A DNA stretch of 64,000 nt, from sequence record PQ480333.1; one strand, given 5' to 3'. Shown in pieces: positions 53,456 to 62,380 of the stretch. The stretch is from Escherichia phage NRG-P0074. Position 1 is the first letter of the stretch; every line of letters begins with the position of its first letter. Under the pieces are notes generated by a model. It saw only the letters and a list, made by a program, of their open reading frames with translations, was not told the DNA's origin and did not search any database. The position numbers and the translations under genes are program-made.

Positions 53456-54406
53456 ATGACACGTTCACATTACATTGAATACTTTGCAGGTCTTATCGCT
53501 AACGTTCATGCCCAACGTGCTTCTGGTGCACTAGGATTTGATGTTCCACACCGAGATGTAGTAAGTGGTATTCTTCGCGATTTTGGTACATACATAGGCC
53601 AAGAAAATCATATCTGTAAAGATACTCAAAATGCGTATTCTCATTCGTTAGGGACGTTGCTTCAATGGTTCAAACGTTCTCGTTTATTATCTTCTACTGT
53701 AGCTCGCGATAACATTAAAAACTTTATGAAGCCGAGCTTTATTAAATCTGTGACATCTAAAACCGATTTGGTTGAATTCACTATTGTTAATGATGTTAAA
53801 AAGACTCATTTGGCTGATTGGTTAACTACCATTCCTGAAACTAAATTTGCTGATAAATTTGCTTGTGAATTCAATAACCAAGTGAATATGCTTTTTAAAC
53901 ATTCTCGTAAATTATTCACAGGCGGCGATGATCGTACAAATACAGTTCATGCTAAAGATTGGGTTACTGCAGTGTTCAAACCAACCGGTAATGGTACCGC
54001 ATCATTATCAATTGATATTCAGGTTCCTTATTATTACTCACGTAATCTCGGCACCATGAAAGCTGAAGAAATTAAGAAGCACAATAAAACCATTCGTTCG
54101 CTGTCTTATAAACTTCGCATGATGTTAAGAATCATGGACGTGGTAGAAATGTATGATGAAACCGAAGATAATGGTTCAATGTTATACAGTTCTCGCATTC
54201 AAATTAAGTTGAAGAACCCTAACGAGTATAAGCCTAAGCCTATTAAAGAGCCTAAAGCAGAAAAAGTTGATAACTTAAGAGAAGAACGCGAATATCTCAA
54301 ATCTCGTCTGAAAGAAGTCGAAGCCCAGATTGCAGAACAAACTAAATCGTTAAAAGCTCTGAATGCGAAAGCGGATGGTTTACGAAATGCCATTGAGGTG
54401 TTATAA
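53456..54406 (+). CDS. Hypothetical protein (316 aa) with C-terminal coiled coil
   Basis: Ribosome-binding site GAGAGGAAAA. Confidence 0.5.
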   Translation: MTRSHYIEYFAGLIANVHAQRASGALGFDVPHRDVVSGILRDFGTYIGQENHICKDTQNAYSHSLGTLLQWFKRSRLLSSTVARDNIKNFMKPSFIKSVTSKTDLVEFTIVNDVKKTHLADWLTTIPETKFADKFACEFNNQVNMLFKHSRKLFTGGDDRTNTVHAKDWVTAVFKPTGNGTASLSIDIQVPYYYSRNLGTMKAEEIKKHNKTIRSLSYKLRMMLRIMDVVEMYDETEDNGSMLYSSRIQIKLKNPNEYKPKPIKEPKAEKVDNLREEREYLKSRLKEVEAQIAEQTKSLKALNAKADGLRNAIEVL

Positions 54407-54711
54407 TGAAACTACGCCTTTTAGAGGATATTGATATGAGCACTAATCACCGCTTGGTTAAGTTTATTGACAATAGTTCAAAGATTGAATTTGTTCAGCG
54501 AGATAAAATCCACGGTGAAGAAGAGTTCGTTCCTCCGGCATGGAACGAAATAATGAAAATGGTTGAACGACGTGAAAATGCTGCCAAATCGGCAGCAAAA
54601 CATCCATGCCCGGAATGTGGAACTATCCAAGTCCAACTGGTTAACTGGACCACTGATAACTTGAAATTGAAATGCCGTAAATGCTTCCACAAATTTGAGA
54701 GAACATTATAA
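54406..54711 (+). CDS. Zinc-ribbon protein (101 aa)
   Basis: CPEC ... CRKC pair. Confidence 0.45.
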   Translation: MKLRLLEDIDMSTNHRLVKFIDNSSKIEFVQRDKIHGEEEFVPPAWNEIMKMVERRENAAKSAAKHPCPECGTIQVQLVNWTTDNLKLKCRKCFHKFERTL

Positions 54712-55124
54712 TGAGATATAGCCTTCGTTGTTTTATTGCAGCTTTAGTTTTTGCCATCATTCCATTCATTTGGAACAGCCAGAATACTTACATGGAAACT
54801 AAAGTAATTCCTGTGGAGGTAGTGGAATTAATTTCAGGTCAATCTACAGGAAAATATTCTAAATTAGAATTTATTGCAGTCTATAAAGATGAGCAAGGAC
54901 GAGTTTTTGACAGGCATGTATCACCTTCGTTTTATACGCTTCTGAATAAAGGTGATACGATAGCTATAGAAATTCGTGAGATGGATATCAAACAAACTAC
55001 TAAAGATAACCTGATTTGGTTCTTTGGTACAGTGTTGTTGGTTTCTATCTGTATCACAGGTTTTATTACATGTATTGTATTTGGCATTGCATATTTAATC
55101 GATGAAAGGAAAAATAATGTTTAA
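54711..55124 (+). CDS. Membrane protein (137 aa)
   Basis: N- and C-terminal hydrophobic helices. Confidence 0.45.
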   Translation: MRYSLRCFIAALVFAIIPFIWNSQNTYMETKVIPVEVVELISGQSTGKYSKLEFIAVYKDEQGRVFDRHVSPSFYTLLNKGDTIAIEIREMDIKQTTKDNLIWFFGTVLLVSICITGFITCIVFGIAYLIDERKNNV

Positions 55125-55380
55125 AGTGTACGGGTATGACTCTACTATTCATAAATGCATTTATTGTGATAATGCGAAACGATTGCTGACTGTTAAGAAA
55201 CAGCCGTTCGAATTCATTAATGTTATGCCAGAAAAAGGTGTTTTTGATGATGAGAAAATTGCTGAGCTTCTGGCTAAGCTTGGACGTGAATCACATGTTG
55301 GATTGACGATGCCTCAGGTGTTTGCTCCTGATGGAACTTCGATCGGTGGCTTTGACCAACTGCGAGAATATTTTAAATGA
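55117..55380 (+). CDS. nrdC: Thioredoxin/glutaredoxin NrdC
   Basis: MFKVYGYDSTIHKCIYCDNAKRLLTVKKQPFEFINVMPEKG... near-identical to remembered T4 NrdC. Confidence 0.9.
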   Translation: MFKVYGYDSTIHKCIYCDNAKRLLTVKKQPFEFINVMPEKGVFDDEKIAELLAKLGRESHVGLTMPQVFAPDGTSIGGFDQLREYFK

Positions 55381-55733
55381 CATATTCATTAAATCTTAAA
55401 GATTTCCAAGATGTATACGAAGTTTGTGCCAATGAACTTGGTCCTGATGCTCCAACTATTATTGAAGTTTTAAATGTGCTCCCTTCATCATTAGCTTACG
55501 AAGCCAAATCATGGGGTTGGAACGACACTGTCGTTCGTGATGACCTTTACGTCCTGATGAACGATATGATGGTTAAAAAGGCAGAACCGGTTGCACCAAT
55601 GGTTACCATTACCGTTGAAGAATATAATCGCCTGCAAGCCATTGAAGAGCTTCTGTGGAACATTGAATGTGACCTGCCGTCAGGGCTAGAATCCTGGATT
55701 GATTATGAAGAGCTCAATAAACTCCGCGGTTAA
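55377..55733 (+). CDS. Hypothetical protein (118 aa)
   Basis: ATGA overlap with nrdC. Confidence 0.45.
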   Translation: MTYSLNLKDFQDVYEVCANELGPDAPTIIEVLNVLPSSLAYEAKSWGWNDTVVRDDLYVLMNDMMVKKAEPVAPMVTITVEEYNRLQAIEELLWNIECDLPSGLESWIDYEELNKLRG

Positions 55734-55861
55734 ACCGTGGTATTCGGCTCGATGGGAGACGGTCGAGCCAGACGTCGAAACAGTTTACAACGACGAAGAA
55801 ACGTGTTATGATGGACCTACAGTAAACGATATGATTGATTTGGAAATGGGAAGAGATTATT

Positions 55862-56032
55862 ATGCAAGTTAAATTGTTATACCGTTTATTAAAAAGTGGC
55901 GAACACGATTGGTATGTGTTGATTAAAACTGAACCAAATTTTTTCTCCGGACGACCATTTACGGTTCGACCAACTAAACGTCAGCTTCGCAAAGCGAAAC
56001 GCACGCATCGCAACTTTTATAGAGGATATTGA
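55862..56032 (+). CDS. Small basic protein (56 aa)
   Basis: ATG 55862; the track ORF starts at an upstream TTG. Confidence 0.3.
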   Translation: MQVKLLYRLLKSGEHDWYVLIKTEPNFFSGRPFTVRPTKRQLRKAKRTHRNFYRGY

Positions 56033-56033
56033 T

Positions 56034-56459
56034 ATGAATATTTCTGACACACGTGGTAAGTGGTTCAAGATTGTTAAAGATGACGAAGAACTCCAAGATA
56101 AGTTTCCTGAATTAAAGAAAGATACAATCATCAAGGTAATTGGTACTACGACCGAAGATGGTTATGGCGACCATGGCATTATTGAAGTGATGTTGAACAC
56201 TGGTGAGAAACTTTGCATCTATGACCGTGATACTTCTCTTTGGTGCTTCTGGGAATCACATTCAATAGATGAACTTGAAGAAATTGATTCGGCTGATATT
56301 TCGGATGTGCTAGGTAGTAAACTTGGTGAATTCGAAGGTGAACGAATTTCTTATGCATTAGCTAAATTAGCCGGACAAGAAAATAACGACGGCTATGAAG
56401 GTAACCTGATGCAAGCAGCCGCAGAATACATTGAATATTTAGAAAGACGTTTAAGTTAA
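56034..56459 (+). CDS. Hypothetical acidic protein (141 aa)
   Basis: ORF; synteny upstream of gene 49. Confidence 0.45.
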   Translation: MNISDTRGKWFKIVKDDEELQDKFPELKKDTIIKVIGTTTEDGYGDHGIIEVMLNTGEKLCIYDRDTSLWCFWESHSIDELEEIDSADISDVLGSKLGEFEGERISYALAKLAGQENNDGYEGNLMQAAAEYIEYLERRLS

Positions 56460-56494
56460 TAAATACCCTTATCTATTTAAGGTAAGGGTTTATC

Positions 56495-56968
56495 ATGTTA
56501 TTATCAGGCGCAAAATATAAAGAAGAAAAACAAAAATTTTATGATGCACAGAATGGTAAGTGTCCTATTTGCCACCGTGAATTAGACCCTGATGTTCAAG
56601 GTAACCATCTTGACCACGACCACGAATTAAACGGGCCAAAAGCCGGTAGAGTTCGTGGATTACTCTGTAATCTGTGCAACGCAGCAGAAGGTCAAATGAA
56701 GCATAAGTTCAACCGTTCCGGTCTTAAAGGACGTGATGTTGACTACCTCGAATGGCTTGAAGCTCTTCTTGCTTATTTGAAACAAGATTATTCTGATAAT
56801 AATATCCATCCTAATTTTGTTCCAGACAAAACTAAAGAGTTCTCAAGACTAGGTAAAGAGGAAATGATGGCTGAGATGCTTCAAAGAGGATTTGAATATA
56901 ATGAATCTGACACCAAAACACAGTTAATAGCTTCATTTAAGAAGCAACTTAGAAAGAGTTTAAAATGA
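56495..56968 (+). CDS. 49: Endonuclease VII (Holliday junction resolvase)
   Basis: MLLSGAKYKEEKQKFYDAQNGKCPICHRELDPDVQGNHLDHDHELNGPKAG... near-identical to T4 gp49. Confidence 0.95.
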   Translation: MLLSGAKYKEEKQKFYDAQNGKCPICHRELDPDVQGNHLDHDHELNGPKAGRVRGLLCNLCNAAEGQMKHKFNRSGLKGRDVDYLEWLEALLAYLKQDYSDNNIHPNFVPDKTKEFSRLGKEEMMAEMLQRGFEYNESDTKTQLIASFKKQLRKSLK

Positions 56969-58782
56969 AAATTGAAAAAGAAATTGAAGGATTAATTTAT
57001 AAAACTAATAAAGATCTTTTGAACGAGAATGCTAATAAAGATTCTCGTGTTTTTCCAACTCAACGGGACCTTATGGCTGGTATTGTGTCTAAGCACATTG
57101 CCAAAAATATGGTCCCGTCTTTTATTATGAATGCGCATGAAAGCGGAATCATTCACATGCATGATATTGATTATTCTCCTGCTCTTCCGTTTACCAATTG
57201 CTGTTTAGTCGATTTAAAGGGGATGCTTGAGAATGGATTTAAGCTAGGTAATGCACAGATTGAAACTCCTAAATCAATTGGCGTTGCTACTGCAATTATG
57301 GCACAAATTACCGCACAGGTTGCTTCACACCAGTATGGCGGAACTACATTTGCGAATGTAGATAAAGTACTTTCTCCTTATGTTAAACGCACCTATGCAA
57401 AACATATTGAGGATGCAGAAAAATGGCAAATCGCTGATGCGTTGAATTATGCTCAATCCAAAACAGAAAAAGATGTCTATGACGCATTTCAAGCTTATGA
57501 GTATGAAGTAAATACTCTCTTTAGTTCAAACGGACAAACTCCTTTTGTAACAATTACATTTGGTACGGGAACTGACTGGACTGAACGAATGATTCAGAAA
57601 GCAATTCTGAAAAATCGTATTAAAGGTCTTGGTCGTGATGGGATAACTCCTATTTTCCCTAAGCTTGTTATGTTCATTGAAGAAGGTGTTAATCTTTATA
57701 AAGACGATCCAAACTATGATATTAAACAACTTGCGTTAGAATGTGCAAGCAAAAGAATGTATCCTGACGTTATTTCGGTTAAGAATAATAAAGCTATTAC
57801 CGGTTCTTCAGTTCCAGTTTCTCCAATGGGCTGCCGTAGTTTCTTGAGTGTATGGAAAGATTCAACCGGTAATGAAATTCTTGATGGACGTAATAATCTC
57901 GGTGTTGTAACACTGAATCTTCCTCGCATCGCGTTAGATTCTTATATTGGAACACAGTTCAATGAACAGAAATTTGTTGAATTATTCAATGAACGAATGG
58001 ATCTGTGTTTTGAAGCCTTGATGTGTAGAATTAGTTCCTTAAAAGGAGTTAAAGCAACTGTTGCTCCTATTCTTTACCAAGAAGGTGCATTCGGGGTTCG
58101 TCTTAAACCTGATGACGATATAATTGAGTTATTTAAAAACGGTAGAAGTTCAGTGTCCCTAGGATACATTGGTATTCACGAATTGAATATTCTTGTCGGT
58201 CGTGATATTGGACAGGAAATTTTAACTAAAATGAATGCTCGTCTTAAGCAGTGGACCGAAAGAACCGGTTTTGCTTTTAGTTTATATTCTACTCCTGCCG
58301 AAAACTTGTGTTATCGTTTCTGTAAACTCGACACAGAAAAATATGGAAGTATAAAGGATGTCACTGATAAAGGCTGGTACACTAATAGTTTCCATGTTTC
58401 AGTAGAAGAAAATATTACTCCGTTTGAAAAGATTTCTCGTGAAGCGCCATATCATTTCATAGCGACCGGCGGTCATATTTCTTATGTTGAACTTCCTGAT
58501 ATGAAAAATAACTTAAAAGGACTTGAGGCTGTATGGGATTATGCTGCACAACATTTAGATTATTTTGGTGTTAATATGCCAGTAGATAAATGTTTTACAT
58601 GCGGAAGTACCCATGAAATGACTCCTACTGAAAACGGATTTGTTTGTTCAGTTTGTGGAGAAACTGATCCTAAAAAGATGAACACAATAAGAAGAACGTG
58701 TGGTTATTTGGGAAATCCGAACGAGCGCGGATTTAATCTAGGCAAAAATAAAGAAATCATGCATAGGGTTAAACACCAATGA
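56965..58782 (+). CDS. nrdD: Anaerobic ribonucleoside-triphosphate reductase NrdD (605 aa, uninterrupted)
   Basis: Full-length continuous ORF; C-terminal glycyl-radical region and Zn-ribbon CxxC...CxxC. Confidence 0.92.
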   Translation: MKIEKEIEGLIYKTNKDLLNENANKDSRVFPTQRDLMAGIVSKHIAKNMVPSFIMNAHESGIIHMHDIDYSPALPFTNCCLVDLKGMLENGFKLGNAQIETPKSIGVATAIMAQITAQVASHQYGGTTFANVDKVLSPYVKRTYAKHIEDAEKWQIADALNYAQSKTEKDVYDAFQAYEYEVNTLFSSNGQTPFVTITFGTGTDWTERMIQKAILKNRIKGLGRDGITPIFPKLVMFIEEGVNLYKDDPNYDIKQLALECASKRMYPDVISVKNNKAITGSSVPVSPMGCRSFLSVWKDSTGNEILDGRNNLGVVTLNLPRIALDSYIGTQFNEQKFVELFNERMDLCFEALMCRISSLKGVKATVAPILYQEGAFGVRLKPDDDIIELFKNGRSSVSLGYIGIHELNILVGRDIGQEILTKMNARLKQWTERTGFAFSLYSTPAENLCYRFCKLDTEKYGSIKDVTDKGWYTNSFHVSVEENITPFEKISREAPYHFIATGGHISYVELPDMKNNLKGLEAVWDYAAQHLDYFGVNMPVDKCFTCGSTHEMTPTENGFVCSVCGETDPKKMNTIRRTCGYLGNPNERGFNLGKNKEIMHRVKHQ

Positions 58783-59249
58783 ATTATGATAGATTTTATC
58801 CTTGCGGTTTTGTGAATGGCCCTGGTTGCAGGGTCGTTCTTTTCGTTACAGGGTGTTTGCATAAATGCGAAGGGTGTTATAATAAATCAACATGGAATGC
58901 TAGAAATGGTATTCCATTCACTGGTGAAACACTAGAACAATTAATTGAATGTTTGAATAATGATTATATAGAAGGATTAACTATAACTGGAGGAGACCCT
59001 CTCTATCCTGATAACAGAGATGTGATTCACTCTGTGGTTCAAACTATTAAAAATCTTTATCCCAATAAAAGCATTTGGTTGTGGACAGGATATAAGTTTG
59101 AAGATATTAAACAGCTAGAAATGCTTAAATATGTTGATGTTATTATTGATGGGAAGTATGAGAAAAATCTTCCGACTAAAAAGCTGTGGCGAGGATCAGA
59201 TAATCAGCGACTTTGGTCAAATACCGATGGGGTGTGGAAACATGATTAA
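58779..59249 (+). CDS. nrdG: Anaerobic ribonucleotide reductase activating protein NrdG (radical SAM)
   Basis: CLHKCEGCYN radical-SAM cysteine motif. Confidence 0.88.
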   Translation: MNYDRFYPCGFVNGPGCRVVLFVTGCLHKCEGCYNKSTWNARNGIPFTGETLEQLIECLNNDYIEGLTITGGDPLYPDNRDVIHSVVQTIKNLYPNKSIWLWTGYKFEDIKQLEMLKYVDVIIDGKYEKNLPTKKLWRGSDNQRLWSNTDGVWKHD

Positions 59250-59359
59250 ATTGAATTACATTATGGATACTATAAATGATATGATTTTTCGTTTTGGTCC
59301 AGAATTTTATTCGCAATATAGTTTAGTGCTTATCAATGCTTAGTTAATTAAGGGTAAAT

Positions 59360-59572
59360 ATGTATAAATTTCGTAAAGGTTTAGCTGATTTTCTTACAAC
59401 TGTAACATTCTTTTTGTTTATGGCAGTTGGAGCTATTTTTCTTATTCCTTTTACTGCTGTATTTTTCGTGATTAGTTTAATTTCTCCGGAAAAGGGTTTA
59501 TCCTCCAGCGAATTCAATGAACGTTTGGACAAAATTACTAATAAACTGAATTCTGTTCTTGGCAAGGAATAA
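59360..59572 (+). CDS. Small membrane protein (70 aa)
   Basis: Hydrophobic core TTVTFFLFMAVGAIFLIPFTAVFFVISLI. Confidence 0.45.
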   Translation: MYKFRKGLADFLTTVTFFLFMAVGAIFLIPFTAVFFVISLISPEKGLSSSEFNERLDKITNKLNSVLGKE

Positions 59573-59574
59573 TT

Positions 59575-59883
59575 GTGGAACACAACAAGATTGAAATTTA
59601 TGGCATCCCTGAAGAAGTAGGACGTTGTCCAGGATGTTATACTGTTACAAAACTTTTAAAGGAGCTCAATGCTCCTTATACATTTTATAAAGTCCTCACT
59701 AATAATGGTAAGATTGAATATGACCGTCCTTTAATCGTATCTCTTGCTAAACGTGCAGGATTCACTTCACTTAATATTCGTTATCCTGTCATATTTTTAA
59801 ATGATAAGAAACAAAAGAATATTGCAGAGTTTAAAAAGTCCTTGATTTCATTAGGATACGACTCTGATATCATAGAAGATTGA
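59575..59883 (+). CDS. nrdH: Glutaredoxin-like protein NrdH (GTG start)
   Basis: CPGC redox motif; position after nrdG; ribosome-binding site AAGGA 6 nt before GTG. Confidence 0.65.
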   Translation: MEHNKIEIYGIPEEVGRCPGCYTVTKLLKELNAPYTFYKVLTNNGKIEYDRPLIVSLAKRAGFTSLNIRYPVIFLNDKKQKNIAEFKKSLISLGYDSDIIED

Positions 59884-59907
59884 CCAGGTGCCGCCTGGTC
59901 TTCTTTA
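59882..59907 (+). terminator. Rho-independent terminator
   Basis: gaccagg-tgccg-cctggtc followed by TTCTTT. Confidence 0.65.
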
Positions 59908-59991
59908 TCCCATTTCTAATATAATCCATTGGAATCTTCACTTCACTATCTCCTTGTGCCCCTCTCAAATCGAAAATATTTTCATAAAACA

Positions 59992-60020
59992 GTTTACATC
60001 CTCAATAGACGTGTTAAGAT
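59992..60020 (+). promoter_or_regulatory. Early promoter
   Basis: gtttac -35 and gtgttaagat -10 region. Confidence 0.4.
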
Positions 60021-60049
60021 TAAACCATCTACTATAGAGGAAAATAAAA

Positions 60050-60231
60050 TGACAATTGAAGATAAAGAAATTAAGGTTGACCAGTACTATTCCGTCAACG
60101 GTAATGTAGTACAGATAACCAGAGTTTCAAGCCTGGATGTTTGGTACCGTTCAATCAAATATCCAGAAATTGGCGAAATGCTTTGTGACCGTGGTATCTT
60201 CTGTTCAATTGCGAAGGAAATTAAGCCATGA
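60050..60231 (+). CDS. Hypothetical protein (60 aa)
   Basis: Ribosome-binding site AGAGGAAAA. Confidence 0.4.
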
Positions 60232-60476
60232 TTAGTTTAGATTCAAAGAAAGTTGTTCTAACCCTTAAAGTTAATGACGAGCGACCGGTATTCGTTACCA
60301 TTTCCGATTTGCATGTTGAAATTGCTAATGGCGTCCGTACTTATCAAACGTCTAAAACACATTGGGACTATATCCCGATGTTGACGCTTACTCAGTGTTT
60401 AGAATCAATCGGTCTTAAAGACCTTTCAGTAAGTGAAGTGAATTTTATCAAACGCATTGTATCAATCAACCTCTGA
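60228..60476 (+). CDS. Hypothetical protein (82 aa)
   Basis: ORF with overlapping start. Confidence 0.4.
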   Translation: MISLDSKKVVLTLKVNDERPVFVTISDLHVEIANGVRTYQTSKTHWDYIPMLTLTQCLESIGLKDLSVSEVNFIKRIVSINL

Positions 60477-60483
60477 GGTACTT

Positions 60484-60777
60484 ATGGGTAAAACATATCG
60501 TCGTAAAGATTTGAAAGTTCGCGATTACGACTATTTTGGTAAGCGTAAAGCTCCTGACGGTGTTAGCCACAAAGACATGGTTGAAAACATTTTCCGCTCA
60601 GATAAATGGAAACGTATGAAAGGCGTTGATTCTGAAGTCAAGAATGAAATGAATCGACAACTCCGCAAAGAAGTTCGTAAGTTGAAAAAAGATGTTTACA
60701 GTAAAGAAGATTATGATTATAATACTTCTCATACTGAAGCCAAACGTAAAGCTAACGAATGTTATCGTTACAGTTGA
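60484..60777 (+). CDS. Hypothetical basic protein (97 aa)
   Basis: Ribosome-binding site TGAGGT. Confidence 0.4.
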   Translation: MGKTYRRKDLKVRDYDYFGKRKAPDGVSHKDMVENIFRSDKWKRMKGVDSEVKNEMNRQLRKEVRKLKKDVYSKEDYDYNTSHTEAKRKANECYRYS

Positions 60778-60784
60778 GGAAATT

Positions 60785-60919
60785 ATGAATATCAAACGAA
60801 TGCTTTTTAAGCAGGGATTATATACTTTAAATGTTAATCCAAAGGGTGACACAACTAAATGGTCTGTAAATGACTGGATTAAGTTCATCGATGAAAATGG
60901 GGCGTGGAACACAAAATGA
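60785..60919 (+). CDS. Hypothetical protein (44 aa)
   Basis: Ribosome-binding site TGAGGAAA. Confidence 0.3.
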   Translation: MNIKRMLFKQGLYTLNVNPKGDTTKWSVNDWIKFIDENGAWNTK

Positions 60920-61116
60920 ATCCTGAATCTATGTTATCGCAAAAGCTTCGTGAAGAACGTGCCGAATTCTTTGCCAACATGAAACTCAATGGTGTTGAGG
61001 ACGAAGACTTCTTACGCTGGTTCTGGATTTACAAATACAAAGAATGCCAGCACGCTGTACTACTGACTTGTGCAGTTATGTACGAAGGCTGGAAAGGCGC
61101 TAAAAAGTTCGGTTAA
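60916..61116 (+). CDS. Hypothetical protein (66 aa)
   Basis: ATGA overlap. Confidence 0.4.
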   Translation: MNPESMLSQKLREERAEFFANMKLNGVEDEDFLRWFWIYKYKECQHAVLLTCAVMYEGWKGAKKFG

Positions 61117-61118
61117 TA

Positions 61119-61158
61119 ATGTACAACGATAGGAAGACATGTTATTATCTTCCTATCG
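61119..61158 (+). promoter_or_regulatory. PeSL-like early promoter (11-bp inverted repeat)
   Basis: atgtac -35 variant; arms cgataggaaga / tcttcctatcg around catgttattat. Confidence 0.5.
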
Positions 61159-61179
61159 TCTTAAAATGAGGAAAATATC

Positions 61180-61419
61180 GTGGCCCAAGAATTAGATTTT
61201 ATCAAATTCAAAAAACACCTCGACGTTAAAATTGGGGATTCAATTGTTAGGATTGAGTATGACATTTTAACAGATGCTATTACTGTTAGTTGTGATGGAA
61301 ATAGTTTCAGCTTCGATACAACCGAAAACAAATACCCAATCTATAAAGGCATCTTTGATATGGGTGTTGATATTACTCCACGTGATACAAATTACTTACT
61401 TTTCATGCTTAAAAAATAG
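61180..61419 (+). CDS. Hypothetical protein (79 aa, GTG start)
   Basis: Ribosome-binding site TGAGGAAAA 7 nt before GTG. Confidence 0.4.
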   Translation: MAQELDFIKFKKHLDVKIGDSIVRIEYDILTDAITVSCDGNSFSFDTTENKYPIYKGIFDMGVDITPRDTNYLLFMLKK

Positions 61420-61427
61420 TATACAAA

Positions 61428-61462
61428 CTCTTGAGAGATGAGTATAATTCTCTCGTTGGATA
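61428..61462 (+). promoter_or_regulatory. Early promoter with short inverted repeat
   Basis: gtatac -35 variant; gaGTATAAT -10 between gagag and ctctc arms. Confidence 0.45.
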
Positions 61463-61485
61463 ATAAAATAACCGAGGAAAATAAT

Positions 61486-61818
61486 ATGTCTACTAAAATC
61501 AAAAACGTAGTTAATTCTTTCGCTTTCGATAAAGTTGTTGCTCTTCTGGAATCTGGCAATATTGTTACTCCTCAAGTTCTTGACGCGTGGGAATTCCGTC
61601 TTTATGAAATCATGCAAAAACACGGCCAGAAAATTGGACGTAATTCTATTCGTGAAATTCTAGTACAATATATTCTTTCTGAATTTGACGTTGCTGCATT
61701 TGGTGTTGAATCTAAAGCTTATCAGAAACATGAAATCTCTGAAAAGACTATCCGTCGTATGAAAAATCAACGTAAGAAAAAATTCGTTGACCTGAAAATT
61801 GTTAAGGCGGTAAAATGA
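61486..61818 (+). CDS. Hypothetical protein (110 aa)
   Basis: Ribosome-binding site GAGGAAAA. Confidence 0.45.
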   Translation: MSTKIKNVVNSFAFDKVVALLESGNIVTPQVLDAWEFRLYEIMQKHGQKIGRNSIREILVQYILSEFDVAAFGVESKAYQKHEISEKTIRRMKNQRKKKFVDLKIVKAVK

Positions 61819-62042
61819 GCGTATTAACAGAAACTTTGATTAATGACCTGCGTCTAGCTGGTTACGAAGTTGGTACAAATAGCCTAGGTCTTCCTCAGAT
61901 TGAAGGGCCTGGATTTATCCTAGAATATGAATTCAAACAATGGTGGTTATATGCTACGGTTGACGATGCGTTGAATATTGATTTCGTTGACCAATTTGAT
62001 TCGCTGGATGCTGCTCTTGAAGCAGCAAAGGAACTAGAATGA
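61815..62042 (+). CDS. Hypothetical protein (75 aa)
   Basis: ATGA overlap. Confidence 0.4.
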   Translation: MSVLTETLINDLRLAGYEVGTNSLGLPQIEGPGFILEYEFKQWWLYATVDDALNIDFVDQFDSLDAALEAAKELE

Positions 62043-62308
62043 AATTAACTCGAATCAGTATAACTGAAGAAAAGCTGGGCGAATTTTATGTTGACGAATA
62101 CATGAAAGTCACGTATTTTCCATTCGTTAAAGGTGTTGGTTTTTGGGAAACTCATGTATCTCAATTAAACGAAGGCGACTATAACGAAACACATGAGAAC
62201 TTTTTAGATTTTCTTTATAATGCCGGTCTTACTGAGCTTTATATCGATATCCATGAGTTCAAACGTTTAATGGAAAAAGTGTTTCAGGCTTATTGTTTGC
62301 TCCGATAG
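62039..62308 (+). CDS. Hypothetical protein (89 aa)
   Basis: ATGA overlap. Confidence 0.4.
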   Translation: MKLTRISITEEKLGEFYVDEYMKVTYFPFVKGVGFWETHVSQLNEGDYNETHENFLDFLYNAGLTELYIDIHEFKRLMEKVFQAYCLLR

Positions 62309-62315
62309 TATCTCG

Positions 62316-62359
62316 TGCTTTAAGATAGGTCTCTAAATATTATGATATAATAGACCTAT
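62316..62359 (+). promoter_or_regulatory. Promoter region upstream of gene 55: MotA-box-like TGCTTTA plus inverted repeat ataggtct / agacctat around gaTATAAT
   Basis: tgcttta at 62316-62322; tataat at 62346-62351; spacing does not fit a simple middle promoter, so the architecture is uncertain. Confidence 0.4.
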
Positions 62360-62380
62360 GAATTGAGCTAAGAGGTACTT

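Noticed and set aside
56965-58782. Group I intron / I-TevIII inside nrdD
   Set aside because: The reading frame is continuous for 605 codons with no inserted non-coding block
33983-62359. Recurring short inverted repeats at roughly regular gene-sized intervals, considered as a possible CRISPR array or tandem repeat locus
   Set aside because: Repeats are separated by whole genes, have variable sequence and spacing, and each contains promoter hexamers; they are promoter cassettes, not CRISPR repeats
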